Below the pieces are notes generated by a model. It saw only the letters and a program-made list of their open reading frames with translations. It was not told the DNA's origin and did not search any database. Source: Fimbriosthenelais zetlandica (lineage: Eukaryota). Taken from it: DNA of 64,000 nucleotides. The translations under genes were made by a program, and so were the position numbers. Positions within the stretch are counted from its first letter, which is position 1; every line of letters starts with the position of its first letter. This document shows positions 12,946-27,100 of this stretch, piece by piece. The DNA is taken from assembly GCA_977030845.1 (NCBI GenBank), contig OZ365114.1, positions 16,120,001 through 16,184,000 on the forward strand, read 5' to 3'.

Positions 12946-15900
12946 TTTTGGCGACCAAGCAATATGCCACCAGTGGCGATTTGCTAACTCGCTGACAGGC
13001 AGGAGCTAAGCTGGCCTTCCTGCTCCCATGATATAAACCCGTCCACCATTGGTCACTGGCCATCACTTTACCCATGCCTTATCACTGGTCAGCACAGAGG
13101 ACCACTTAGTGTCCACAAAGCCCCACGACCAAGAAGCGTGTGGCCATTTCTGAGGCCACCCATGGCCCCATGCTTTGGTATGAATATGGCCCCACAGTTA
13201 GCAGTCCGACAGTCTGATATCTGCTATGAATATTGTTCTGTTTTTTTTCTTCATCTCTTGTGCATCATTATGGATAGATATTTTCAAGGAAAAGATGACA
13301 CTCAGTGGAAACAAAATTAATTACATTTAATTAAAAACGCACTAGTACCTGATTAATTAGGATAAGAACTTTTTGTGTTCATTTACTTACGTGTATATAT
13401 AATACACAAATCTGTCTCGGCTGATCCAATGCAGCTCATGCTGAAATGAATTCTTAATTACAATATATGCCCCAGGTCTGGTTTGTGCCAAGTTCATCTA
13501 TATTATCCTGCAGGCGAAGTGATGAGGCAATGTTTACTCGTGGCGTAGATTCTCGAGTCTACAATGGTGAATATTTATATCTTTACCCTCTGACTCTGGC
13601 AAGGTCACCGATTCCTAACCATTCCCAACTGACCATAGAAAGCGTGTGAAGTGTTAACAATATTACACCATTTCCCCCCATAATCCTTGATTGCCTGTGG
13701 CCTTGTTTGTGCCCTTGCCTGACCCAAGAAGAAAAATCGAATTAGTGCAATTGATCAATAATTAATGACATCATGGCCCAGCACAGGCTCAAACGATTTA
13801 TTTTACTTCTCACTGATCTGCCTCGGCAAGGAAAAATATATGGCAGGTTCCGGCTGAGAAAATTAATGATTTACAACGAGCAGGGCGGCATCCTGTAAAG
13901 ACAGGCTTGACAGATGGGCAGAGGCTCCAAACAAGACTCTGGCCGAGGTCCCCTGAGGCAGAAGAGGGCAGAATGACGGTCAGAAGAGCGAGAAGATGGT
14001 GATCCATAACCTAGTCCTTCTCTATACCTCAACAAGTTGTGAAAAAGGGGCAGAAAATGGGTCTTTTATTCACTGACAAGACTGTATATAGGTGCAGACG
14101 CTCATGTGTTAGTGGGAAATAGGGAGAGAAAGAAGAGTGATCTTTGTTCACTTGGAAGATGGAGCTCTAGCAGCTGTTGATGGCTGAACCTGCCTTGGTC
14201 AAGTATGAAAGATGATCTTTATAGCATCTATATAATACATTTATTTTAATCAATCTAGCTGTTTCTCACCATTTTAACTATGTTTGGTGATGTCAGACGG
14301 TCATCTAGAACCATCTCTTACATTCTGACTCATCTCATTTCCATAGGGAGAGGTCAATATATTTTGATATGATCCAAAAGGAATAAACAGAGGATGGGTA
14401 TATTGAGGCAATAGAAAATTCATTACGCAAGGTATTGCATATTTATGGATGATACTGTAGTAAATGTTGTCGGTAATGTGTGTGCTAGTCTCGCCTTGAC
14501 ATTGTTGGCCTTCCTATCCATCACACCATCTCTGAGGATGTCTGCCATCCCTCGATGTCAAAGTTCCAAGTGGTGCTGAATTAAAGGCAATCTAGATGAT
14601 GCACTCCTCAATGCTGACAGATAGCAATCTTGTCACGACTCCTCAAGCTTGGTGAATCGTTTAATTTCACTTGAATGTGGCCAGTTTGGGATTGCACTCG
14701 GGGGCAAGATTTGCATGTCAAGAGTTGCCATATCAAAACATGTGTTGATATTCAAAAGATGTTCTCATTAAGGTCGTAGACAAGTATTTGTCCTATCATT
14801 TGTTGTGTCATCTATGGATTCTATGGATGCAGTGTCCACGAAGAAGTTCATATCAGAAGATTCATTCTTCTTGACTAAAAACTTATTCAATGGATGGATG
14901 AACAATGAATGGATGGATGTGCAACAGAGTTTGGTATGATTTTACTGTATGGCTCCTGTTCATATGGTTAAAACAAATTCGTTTCAGTCTTTTTCTATCC
15001 TGTCAGTTGATGCAATACATTCAAGGACTGGGGTTTCTCATCCACTAATGCACATGTGTACAAGTGTATGCCATATAAAGATATGAGTGTCATGCTTGCC
15101 AAATTTATATGAAGGCTCCCTATTATTGCGTTATAATATCACTGCATCCATTGCCTAGTTAATGTCATGTGAGGAACATGCATTAATGCATTCTCGGGCA
15201 TGTTTTATATGGCTACAACTAGCAACGGTTTCTCCCCTGCAATTAGCATTTTTCGACCCCCCTTCATCTCCATCAAAAACATGGCTTCACAATTTGCCAT
15301 AGCCTTTAATGTGTTGTGCAAAGCATGCATTGTGTGAGGTACTTATATTTATTCTATTATATCAACTCAATCTGTTGTCTCCTTGGTTTTAAGACTGCAT
15401 GGCGGCATATTTAGTTTACTACCCACTTTTTCAGCCATCTTTAAAACAGAACCCTCGCCTTACCATACAGAATCTAATTTTGCACTAATAGCAGCGTCTA
15501 AGCAGCAAGTCATGCAGTCAAGTTTGGCTTTGTGTTAACTCTTTGGGGAGCGCTATACTTGCTTCTAGGCATCTTTCCAAGAGACTGCGTCTCTTAAAGA
15601 AACAACTGATAGTAGATTCCTTTCCAATAAGGAATCAGTCATTCATCTTGGGCTCCGCTGTATACAGACTATAGCTCCAGTCTCCCATAGGAGCCAGCTT
15701 CCTATAAGCTTTCTTATGCCTTTCTTCAGAGGGAGCGTGGAAGCATCAAGGGGATCCTAGATAAGCATGGACATTGACTGCTTTTCCAGCCAATGTTTTT
15801 ACGATTATTTGCAAGGACAAAGCCAGTTTATGATGTCAGATATTGCTCAATAAAAGGCATTCCAGTGTTATCAAGATTCAGAAGCCTTCGGCTTTGCTGA

Positions 15901-18900
15901 TGCTGCTAAATGGCAATCTTTTCTTTCAAGAATAATTTCTTTTGGTTTGGGAGCGTTTCAGATTCTTTGATGCTATCTTCTTTTTGTGTATGGTCACAGA
16001 GTGTGTCTGTATGATGCGGGATTTTATTTGCAATAACTGATATTACAGTTTTGCACACAGAGAGCAGTACCTACTTATGCTCAACGGTACAGACAACAGA
16101 TTCACGCATTAGTGTGTTTGATTCCTACTTCAAACAAATATTGTAAGCAGAACTTTTCAAAGAGATTAGATGCTAATATTGTCTGTCGTTGAGTTTAAAT
16201 CTTCATGACTTTGCGCAATAGTAAATCGAGCACCACATTGATAGCACGATAGTCAACAAGGCAGATCATTTCATGTTCCATCCATATCCTTCTTATCCCT
16301 AACGACAATATTTATCTCCCAATGTCTCCATGCCCACCATATTTCACCATCGTGTGACACATAAAGGAATGGTGACCATCACCTTGAGCATTCCTAAGTG
16401 ACGTACTTCCGCTCAATCAAGCACTGCCACCTTTTGTCTATCTCGCTCACGCGCCAACAGGTGGCGCGCCCGTTTCCCATGATACATTGCACCAAGCAGG
16501 CAATGATCTTGACCTCTGCCGAGGCAGAGAATGCGATAAAACAGATGGGGCGTGATGTCCAAGAATGTTCCCTTTTCAATCGGTCCTGGCCACATCAGAA
16601 CTCTATTACCAAAAGCACATCCATTTTATTGTCTCTCTCAAAGGAAACTGACAATTTCAAGACAACAGTTTCCCCCCTTTTTCCATCCCCTGTGAAAATT
16701 GCGCGTGTTTGTTGAATGGGGTGGGCGGATGAAGAGTGAGAACCTTTGGACTTGCTCAGCCATTTTTGGACTGTCTCCAGTGGGATGGGTTATATGGGAA
16801 CATCAAAGGTTTCTCTTCACTACCCTCGCACTGCTAGTAGTGCAAAGGAATGGGTGCCTGCTTAACCAAGCAAACACAGGGATTTAGCCAACCACTTCCG
16901 TCCTATTTCAAATGATATGGACGCCTGAGATGCTGGTTTGCTTTCTGATTTTCCAACCAGTGGAGTTGTTGGCTACATATAGGGGAGCTCAATGTAGCTT
17001 TGCTCCGACCACCCCTGAATATTGTGTACTTACTGGGTGTGGCATGGTATCATTTTGGATTTCTATACAGGGGTATGAGCTTGGCCAATTCATAACTATA
17101 TATATACACGGCGAAATTTTTATTCACAATTGTTGGGTGTAGTTTCCAGACTTGTCAGAATGGATCAATATGATGAGAATTGTTTGGTGATGATAGGCGA
17201 GAGATTGAATTTTAAGTACATGTATTATATATTTATATGAAATTGGCCTACAATTATAAACAATCAAATAAAACACAATCAGTGACCGAAATGTAGCAAG
17301 AAATCACATATCACCTAGTGTGATGCTGGATACACCATCAACCAAAGTTGCCCTATTTGAAGTGCTTGCAGTAAGCGCCTGGTTTTAAGCATCAGATTGG
17401 CCATACCGTATATGTATGCCATAGAAAAGGGGGCCAAGTATGATCCCTGAGGGCCAAGCGTGGGCCATCATATTCTCTGATCACTTGGATCCCTGTCTAC
17501 TGCAGTCAGCTCATACTCAGGGGAATGCCGAGGACATTGTGCGTCTCCGAATTGCAGCGCAGTTATCTAGACAGTGAGGAAAAATGACAGCCAGGTTAGC
17601 AGGCCATAAAACCCCTCCGTGTTTTCCTGGAAACAACTGTTCCTCTCCTTGTACTTGAGCAATTTTGAAATTCCAGTGAGGATACAAAACATGAGCTCTG
17701 TGTAAAAAAGTACGATTGCCTTATCACAAAGACAACAACTGCCTTACACATCTCATTTTGCACGGATCTGCTATGGTTCTTGTCATTGTTATTTTTGAGG
17801 GAGGTAAAATTCATTTTGTTCAGCTGGGTTCAATAGATTACTTCTCCAAAATGTCATGACAGGCAGACAGGCTGCCAAAACTATGGCTGTTTACGAGACA
17901 AAGCGACTGACAAGGGGCTCGGAAAGCCATCAAAGTCATCAAAGGGAAAAATGGCTATTTCTTATCACATACATGTGAACGTTTTCATTTATAGGCATAC
18001 TGTAAAATGTGGGTTCAGAACCACTCTTGGCTGGCAGTACTCGACCTATTTATTATCTACATAATTTCTACGTTTGCAACATTCATAATGATTCTTTTGA
18101 ATATAGTCATTGTCAGAAAAATTTGTCTCCACAATTTTACATTTATTGGTCAGCTACTGTCAGATCAAAATGGTGGCTAATATTTCTCATGCCTGGGGAC
18201 TTGCAATGAAGAATGAATATATGTTAGATTGCCTACTATTGTAGACAATAATGCATTCTATCAGCCCTGGATAAGGAAGTCATAATTAAGCCACAACATC
18301 ATCATTAGCTGTGCCTGATGAACATTGGTACAATCAACATTCCGCAAAACAAAAACGCTTTCCTTTGCTTCCACATCTATCGAGGAAAATAGATATATCA
18401 ACACAAAAGGGTCTTCATGCCCAATGTTAATGGAATATTTTTAGGTCCAAATTCCAGAGGAAAACATCTTTCTATTCTGTTATGTCGGCAATGGATGTGG
18501 AACAAAACTGTCTTTAATTCTATTGAGAAGGAAACGTGAGTGTTCCTTGTTTTGTTTTGTGAACGAGAAATCATTGTAACTGTTGCCTTGGCGCATCAGA
18601 AAGGAGCAATACAGTTGCTGGGCTATTATTCTTTGTTCCTAATGATTATTACAAGACAATGCTTGATTAGTAGCCCACAATAACTTCAATTAAGTCTTGT
18701 AAACAAAGTGCCTTCCACAGCCGATTTGCAGAGATGGGCGTCTTTGAAATCCCTTTCACTAGGTGATTTTTCATCTATTCATCTTATAAAATAATGGACA
18801 TGAATTTAACCTAATTTCCTTAGGATTTTAGTGAGGCTTCCAATAGGAAACCCACAAGGTGTAAGTAGATTGACTTTCCTCTTATATTTACATAATGTTA

Positions 18901-21900
18901 TTCTCCATCCAAAATATACATGCATCATCGGGAAGGAACTATTATTTTAGGGGTATCCTGGTATCAACTAGACCCATTTTCTCCACTACCTTTAAATAAT
19001 GTGATACATAAAATTATTCTATGTACATACATGATTTATTTTCTTCCTATAATGCTAACATTTTCTGAATAACAATATAATATGAACAGGGTATTTAACT
19101 TGCAGTGTTCGGTGTCCCTTACAAGATTTGCATTTCGGAAATATCATCTATCTTGAAAAGCCATGCAACTGCATGATATATGCGGGATGGAATCTGTTTA
19201 GGCAAACAGACCAGTGCAAACATCTCATGAAAGCTGAGAGCAAAACAAATTGTTCTATAAAGGCCTCAGATGTAAAGGTGGTGAGTAGCGAAGGGACGAC
19301 TCTCGGGACTTGCCACTCTAATGTGTCATGTTTGAGCTGATTTGGATCAGAGAGACCAGAGACTAGAGAAGACTTTCTGTCAGGGAACTCTTCCTACAGG
19401 CATAGGTGTCAGTCATTCAGTCGACAGATGCACCTGGTATTGGTGGTAGGCCGAATGGGGATCAGGTCACTCATCCATGAATATTACATGAGCTACTCGA
19501 GTCAACTGCTGGATCTGAGATAGAAGAGCAAGAGAGGAAACAGGCGGGTGGTGGAGTACTAGGCAGATGAGGAGAAACTGGCAGTATGCTAAGAGCCAGT
19601 ATATGTACTGGTGAGGAAGGATGTTTCTGGTCTTGCCTTTTATTTATTTATTTACTTATTTGTTTGTTCCTTCCTTCCCCACCTCGCTCTGGCTATGCCT
19701 TCCCTTTCCGCCTAGCATCGATCTAACTGCGTTCACTTCCTCTGATGGGATTTGATTAAAAATTGAAATCAAGCAGGGTTGGGCTTGGCAAAGAATAGAT
19801 TGGGGCTGCCTATAGTGGTCTTAGCAAGCAGTTAGTTTATCTACATTGGCAGTACGCACATTTAGAGTAAAGATAAATCCTCAGAACGTAATTGATAGGC
19901 ACTGAATTATAGAAAAATCCAGCCTTCTCAGAGGTGATGATTTAGACCTATGATGCTCAAATATTCCCATTGGGGGAAGTATATCAAACAGATTGCGTTA
20001 TTGGTGTTTAACATTGCACTTACACCAAGGCTCATATGGACGAAAGAAGGGAGAAACACGCAGTGAACTCGATATAATATGGCCTGCCCTTATATACTGC
20101 GATATCCTATACCTTTTACATAGTACCATAGTCACCATGGGCAGTGAAAGACATGGTTGGCATTTGAAGGTCCAGTTAGCATTAGTCGGGGTTGACATAG
20201 ACTTATCATGGAATTTCAAGCTTCAACAACCTTGCTTTAATAAAATCTATAGCAGTACTCTAACCTCATCCACCCACGCTGAGTTGTGGAAACTACAGCC
20301 CTAGGTGGCTTGGTGACAAGTACTGGCACCAAGTAACTATCCCAGCTACTTCATCCCATCTTCGGTAAATACTTCCGGTGGTGCTCAAATGACCAAGGCA
20401 ATTTCTTGACTCGCACTCGGGAGACTTCTGACAATCCTTATGGATCAGCATCCTTAGCTGGAATTGTCATTGAATTTCACCTGAAAGATCATGAATGGCA
20501 TGGAGGCATTATGGACTCTGATAAAGAGTTATTTAAAGCATAAAATAGCTCTGAATGAACACACGATCCCGTTCATAATTTAGAACTCTGTACTATTCGT
20601 TACACCTCCTACGCACACTTTAATCAAGGCTCATGGACATTGGATTTCATGTAGATCCACCACAACCTTTTGTATCTCATCCAATCAGAATGTAAGATGG
20701 GCGTCACGTGATCCTGGCCATGGATGGGGCACCCTGCTGGTAAGCAGTGGTACCTGTGGGAATCTGGTTTATTAAGATGAAGTAGACGCAATAGGTGGTC
20801 AATTAGACTAGCCTACGTCCCAAAGGTAGATCACTGACCTATTCTGTGCAGTTTTCCAAATATACATTCAAGAATCCAGGTCAGATACAAGATTTAGTTG
20901 GGGTCGGGTATGGGGTGGAGAGGGGTATTGAGGATGGGTAATCACGTTTCATTGATACACAGAATGTATCTGTAACAGCAAGCATTGTGCCATCCATCTT
21001 GTTTAATAGGACAAATAAATATAGTATAGAAGCACTCATGCAATAACAATGTCCCATTAAATATTATGATGCCTGAACACTTGTAATTAATATATAAAAT
21101 TGGCTCCTTAGTACCTTTAGTACAGTGAAAAGCCTGCTGACAAATAGCAAGTTTAGTTTGCCCATTTAGCAATTGCATCAGCTTTGTATCAATAGAGCAG
21201 GTGTTTGATAATGATATGGCTTCAGGAAAAAAGTCATTAAAGCTGAAAAATTGGACAAATTGGATCCATCACTGTGGGTAGGCCTAACTAGTATGCTGTG
21301 CTACATTATGTGCACTAGTTAAGTCTATTCAAGGCAGGAGTTTCCCAACCCATGGCTATCTGAGAACAACAGCTGGCTTCTCCTGGGTTTAGCTAAGCCT
21401 GGAAGGGTTTAAGGGGCTCTACCTCAGGGACCCTGTAGTGATAAGTACTTACTATTGTCCGAGACTATATGGCCTTTTGTAAAAGGCACTATGTCACTGA
21501 GAATCTAAGACTGAAATAGATCGGGCCATGCCTAGGACAACTAGAACAAATCTAAAGGTACACACAGTACAATATATATAGGTTGGATGAGGGATAGAAG
21601 CTTATAATGTAGGACCAAAGCACAGAGCTCTTAGATAGCCATACTCTGTATACCACCTTGTAGGCACTATCAACATTATTATTTTCCCATTTTCTGTCCA
21701 ATTGTAATAAATTCAATAGAAGATCAAAGCCTTATCTTTGGTAAGAGGCCATTATGATAAGCAACAAATGGCATATCGCGTGCTAAAGTTTAGAACAAAG
21801 GACCTGGTATCATTGCAGTGCTATACAAGTGTTCAATGTTAATTTCCCAAGGGGCGATTTTCTCGCCATTACTGCCTCAGATGGGGCAATTCAAAGAGGC

Positions 21901-23699
21901 CTCATCATGGTAGGGTAGGCTGAGAATATCATTAGAAGACTCCCCTCATCAACCTTAAGGTAATTTATGCATTATGTCAGAATCTGCAATGAGAGTTTCA
22001 ATGAGAGATCTACTTCAGTTGTTCTGAATTATAGTGCTGAATCTTAAGGAAAGGTATGTAAATCATCATATCCGTTTCCATAGTACATTATTTTTTTAAA
22101 TCAATAAATATATGGGACTTGTACCAGGAAAGACATCTTGTTATAGAAAATCGTTGCCGGCATGGCTTTAATGAATAGGTTTACGTGCTGATCATCTGGT
22201 CAAATGTCCCTCTCCCCAATTTTTCCCTAACTACAATCCGTGACTTGTCCATCGAAGCCAAATACAACCAGCATTAATTAGCAGCCCTATCTGGTGTGTA
22301 GGGCGGTAGAATCGATTCCTCCCCAGGGCGGAATGTACACACCGGGCAATATTAAAAGGAATGATCCTATTAGCACAAGGACAGCCAAAGATCTCCTCCA
22401 CATACACTGTAATGATAGCCGTGGAGCACAATTGCTATATATCCCATGCTGTCTCAGAAATAATACAAAATTGCAAACCTTTATTCCTGAATTGTCTCGT
22501 AAGAATTTAGTGATATTTGTTTTGGGAAAAAACACGAGATTCGCAAGGTAGTAACGCGCACAGTGACGCTAAACAAAATATTTGTTTTGGGCCTAAAATT
22601 TGTTATTAGCTGACCTTAATCAAGGACAGTTGCCACTTTGTTAATGCTTTAACAGAAATGTCTGGCCCTTTTTCATGAGAAAGGTCATTTTACCAACTTT
22701 AATGGTATCATCAGAGACTCGTGTTTAAATTGATGAGGATTCTGATCCTGTCATGGCATTGGATTCGTTTTTAACCGAGGCCAAAAGTAGAACTGATTTC
22801 TGAAATATGGCATCCCGCTGATGTGTCAATTAAGGAGGCCCGGAAATTCTGATTACTTCATGGCTGCCAGAGATGGAATTCTTCAACATCTGTCAGGATT
22901 TGCCTCCTATATGATTGATACGTTGATCATACTTGATCAATGATCAGGCCTGAAACTTCTCATGAGATAATGTAATAATTTAAGGCCTGGATGAATCAGA
23001 AACATTAAAAACACTAAACAGTCCAAAACAACAATTTCGACAGGCGTATCGTCAATGAGAGAGAATTTGTGTCTTCTTATAATTTGTTAAAAGTTTACGG
23101 AATCGTCTGGATGGATGTCCCATATAAGACTATGGAACCCTTTTGATACAGTTGTCCAGATAAGGAACCCCAAGAGATGACATTTTCCAGTCTTTAGAAC
23201 GAAAAATTGAAGACACTGATGTATTAACTAATGTAAAGACACTAACTATAAGCTGGTTCTAAACAAGAACATAGCATTGTGCAGAGAGTAGGTCAGTGTT
23301 ATCTTCTGTTACACTTGAATGAGCAAGAAATACCGAGTGCTGGCAAAAGTACATGTGTCAGGGAAATGCTGATCTGTCCTTGTTAAGAAAATGGGTCGTG
23401 TAAACATAAAGTCCAAAGGGAGGAAACGGGAAGCAATCCGATATGGGCATGATCTGACAGATAATGTTTACAATTAATCTTGGCCCCTCTCTGCCGCCCA
23501 GGAAAGGAATCCAACAGCTGCCAGGCCAAAGCCTCTGAAGCCATGGTTACTTATTGGTTATGAAAACGCGTGAAATAAGCTTTCTACAGGCTTGTATATG
23601 CACTGGGGATCTATTGCCTTAGTTGCTTGGGGAAGAGGGGATGATGGAGGCAGTGAGGCAAAATCTATACAATTACAGCACTGGAACATTTTTGGCTAT

Positions 23700-24040
23700 T
23701 GAGCTTTCCAATAATACGATGTACTATAGTAATTGAAGGTTTATCGCCTATTTTTAATGGGATATTGCCTCTAAAATGTACAGGTCCCGATAACTCGTTT
23801 TGTTCCATGAAAATTAGATTTATGATGGAGTTTGTATCCCCAAAGGCTTGTCTTACCAGGACGTTGCGAACCCAAACAGAATGTCCCAAAAATTGGGCCA
23901 GGAACAGGATTTGGCAAGATCGAGATTGTGCATCCATGTCCTCAGAGCACACTTGGCTTTGTATGAGAAATTGAGACCTGATCCATCAGACATCGTTCAT
24001 TATGCCATACAAAGTAATCTTAGTTTATTAACGTGTAAAT
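23700..24040 (+). mobile_element. DIRS-like tyrosine recombinase remnant
   Basis: ORF 23848..24063 contains RSRLCIHVLRAHLALYEKLRP, resembling DIRS YR D..LCPVRAL..YL..T..LRP. Confidence 0.33.
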
Positions 24041-24120
24041 GGAAGCAGAGTGTAAGGGGGTGAATATTGGGTGATGAATAATCCTAAACAGCATTCGGAA
24101 TGCCCCAGACGCTCGAGTTC

Positions 24121-24187
24121 CTCTGTTTCTCTTCCTCCTGGTCCAAATTCTCTCTCTCTCCCTCTCTCTCTCTCTTTCTCTCTCTCC
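24121..24187. repeat. Imperfect TC/pyrimidine-rich microsatellite
   Basis: ctctgtttctcttcctcct...tctctctctccctctctctctctctttctctctctcct. Confidence 0.8.
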
Positions 24188-24256
24188 TGAACAACCACAC
24201 TGAGCACACCATTACAGGACAGTTAGTACTGATCGTGGGCTCTAGTCATTAGCGAG

Positions 24257-24450
24257 CCAATAGTTACCATGACAACGTTCTTGCATTAATCAGCAAGCCA
24301 TACAGCCAAGGGTCGTCAGGGTCACCTGCCTATGCTGGACAAGGTATCATTCATTCTGGACTTGAGGTCGACAGGAGAGGAGAAAGAGAAGAAGCATAGG
24401 AAGAGGAGGAGGAGAGGAGGAGATAAGTGAAGGTGGTTTCCATTGGCAAC
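24257..24450. promoter_or_regulatory. Candidate intronic cis-element: CCAAT (24257-61) abutting an RFX X-box GTTACCATGACAAC (24263-76), plus a second X-box-like GTTTCCATTGGCAAC (24436-50)
   Basis: Motif matches read directly from the sequence; function not shown. Confidence 0.35.
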
Positions 24451-25479
24451 CTTTCACCCTTGCCTGATGAAGCGCGCCCAGATTATGTGCCAAGTACAGG
24501 CAAAGGAGGTGTCAGTCAAACGTTAGGCAGAAGGGGCGAATTCCTATAAGAATTTCACACTTTCTGAGAGGTATTCTAGCGGTATTATATTATATTGGTG
24601 TATAGATGGATTGAATATACATGCATGTACATTTCCATGAACGTATGGGATGTTGTTGGGGAACTTTATGAAATATAGATATAATTATGTCTATCTGCAT
24701 GGCCTGGAAGAGTTAATATTTTGCAACACGTTAATGGTGTTCCATTCTCTGAAACTGGCCTCTGACATTGTGAGACAATGTATTCTTCATAAAACAAGCA
24801 TGTACTATGATAGTAACCATTTAACTAACTATGACAACATCGAAGCATTAAATATTTTACTATTTATTTAACAACAGAAATCTCAAAAGCATGTGCTCCA
24901 GGCTGAATAATTTCAGAAGTTACTTTGCCTATGGCCTTAATATGCGACAGCAATGCCGGAGAAGAAGACATTTCCCATGAGAATATCACATTTGGTTTGT
25001 CCTTTTCCGTCGCAGCATGAAAATAGTGGGAAAGAGTGAAACCACAACAATGATATTCAATTCCAAACTGGCTTAAGGTTTTTAAATTTTCCAAATCCCT
25101 GGAGGGCTTATTGACAAGTACCAGTCTACCACAGATAGACAAGACATAAGGGAGGCTGGAAGAGGTAGAGGAAGGAAGGAACAAGGAGGAGAAAAGAGGA
25201 GGTGGTAAGGAAAGGCAGAACAAGAACATCTGTCGCCATTTTTCGGGGGGCTGCTGGGGTTGTGTCCCAGCTGTTGCCATTCACTTTGCTTTCTCAGAGA
25301 GCTTATGATTTACTATCTCATAGGGGAAGACAGCAAGAACTGCCTGGGTAGATTGTCAAGCCTGAGGCTATTGGTTTGAAACAGATTTCACAGTTGTATT
25401 CTATAAGGGTTTTTATACTCTGCCTCCTTCACATGCATCAAAGTTTTTGTCTTACTAAACAGTTATTCTGACCTCAATG

Positions 25480-25960
25480 GATTCTTCGCCTCAAGTATTA
25501 AAGATATCCATACCAACGTAAGGGTTATATTGGCAGCAGCCGGCATAAATTTTAGAATGTATCCTTTTCCATGATGGAGGACATCGGTCACTTAGCGACT
25601 CCTGTAGGGAACAAGCCATGCAAGGATTTGCAATACAAGATTGCCAGCTGATGTATCTGTGCAGGGATCCAGATCTGGTGGCCGCATACACTGGATTATC
25701 TGGAAGCAGCGTCTTTTGTCTCTAAACTACCAGCAAGTCTGCATATTATAGGCCCCCAGGGTGACTCGCGTCCAGCTAAGGGCACTGTTTCAACCGGCCT
25801 TTGCCCTCTTCTGCCTGGACACCAGAGGCAAGAGGTCTGGGACAGGCGACCCAGCACATACTGGTTTATCTCTCTCGGGATGTGCCACCCCACCAAATTG
25901 GATAAACAGCCTCTCTTGCGTCAAGAAAGAGCCAATGCGCTATCTGAAGCCAAGGAGGGA
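25480..25960 (-). mobile_element. DIRS-like remnant, methyltransferase-like region downstream of RNase H
   Basis: Minus-strand SPVPD (25835-25849) followed by SALSW..VTLGAY, cf. DIRS SPVPDP.A...DAL...W.....YAFPP. Confidence 0.4.
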
Positions 25961-26589
25961 GAAAGACATTATCACATTTTCTTCCACTTTTTTCTTCCAC
26001 TTCTTCATTTGCTACATTGCCTCAAAGAAGTCAGAGGAAGCTGGAGACAGTAAATGACGTGAAAAGCCAGCAGTGTGTGGTGGTTGGGGCTGCAGTATAG
26101 AAGATGGGTGGAGTGTATGGCATTTCTCTGTTATATTATATTATAGATTCCCCCAACCACTGATCCCATAATAATTGACAATCGAGGCTCACACACACAC
26201 AATCTCTCCATGTATTTCTCTAGGACTAATGATGTTTAGCATGTTTTGTGAGAAGACTAGATTTGTGACCTAATTTGGTAACGAAACAACCACGATTCTG
26301 TCCAACGAAGTTAGTGAGAACAGAAAAGCTTTTTCTATTTTTCACCCAATAATGAGGGTACTGGAAGTGAACGAAAAGGTGATTGAAAACACAACCTCAT
26401 GTACAAAAAGAAAATTCTACATAACTACGTAAAGGCATTGCGGCTAAGCATTAACCTCAGACTATATATAAGCCTCTGAGTATATAATATTATAGAACTA
26501 CAACTCTAAGATGATCAAAACATAACCCTAGGTACCACATCACCAATGTCTCCCCTTAATCTTCCTCTCCAAGAGCCCAAGGCAATATC

Positions 26590-27100
26590 CCCAACACTGT
26601 CAGGCCAGGGTCCACCACATCGTGTAGGCCAAATCTCGGGTGGTCGTAAACATCCTTAGTGAAATTGGCTTTAAGTTGAGGATCAATGAAGGAAGGGGAT
26701 TTGGCCGGGGCCATGCAAATCTCAACAGAAGTGTTGCATTTGTGAGGTGTCCCCTAGTTAATACTTCCCTATGATCAGGCAGACCATCCCCAGTGAACAC
26801 GCAGTCAATAGTAAAGCTGGTCATGATCTCTCCACCCCATGGCTATCTCACTATCAAACAAGTCAGCCGGTTTGATCTCTAAGCTCTGTGTATGTCTTAT
26901 CTAAACGCCAGTATTTAAGGGAATCGATGTGATCCACTGGGGCGAGGATGAGCATGTTAGAAGCAGATGAGAGAGGAGGATGTGAGAGTCTTAAGATGCA
27001 AGTTCTCAGCTTGTTTTCATTCCAAGACTTTTGATCCCATGGTAATCACTTGAGAAGGTTCTGGACATGGAAGAGTTGGATTAACTCACTGTCCATGAAA
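26590..27100 (-). mobile_element. DIRS-like remnant, RNase H end to methyltransferase start
   Basis: Minus-strand RHTQSLEIKPADLFDSEIAMGWRDHDQLYY*LRVHWG, cf. RHIPG..NV.AD.LSR....EW.LH..VF..L...WG. Confidence 0.35.

Noticed and set aside
14562-14581. RE1/NRSE left half (TTCAGCACCAC on the minus strand)
   Set aside because: The right half GGACAG is absent, and REST is not expected in a protostome-like genome.
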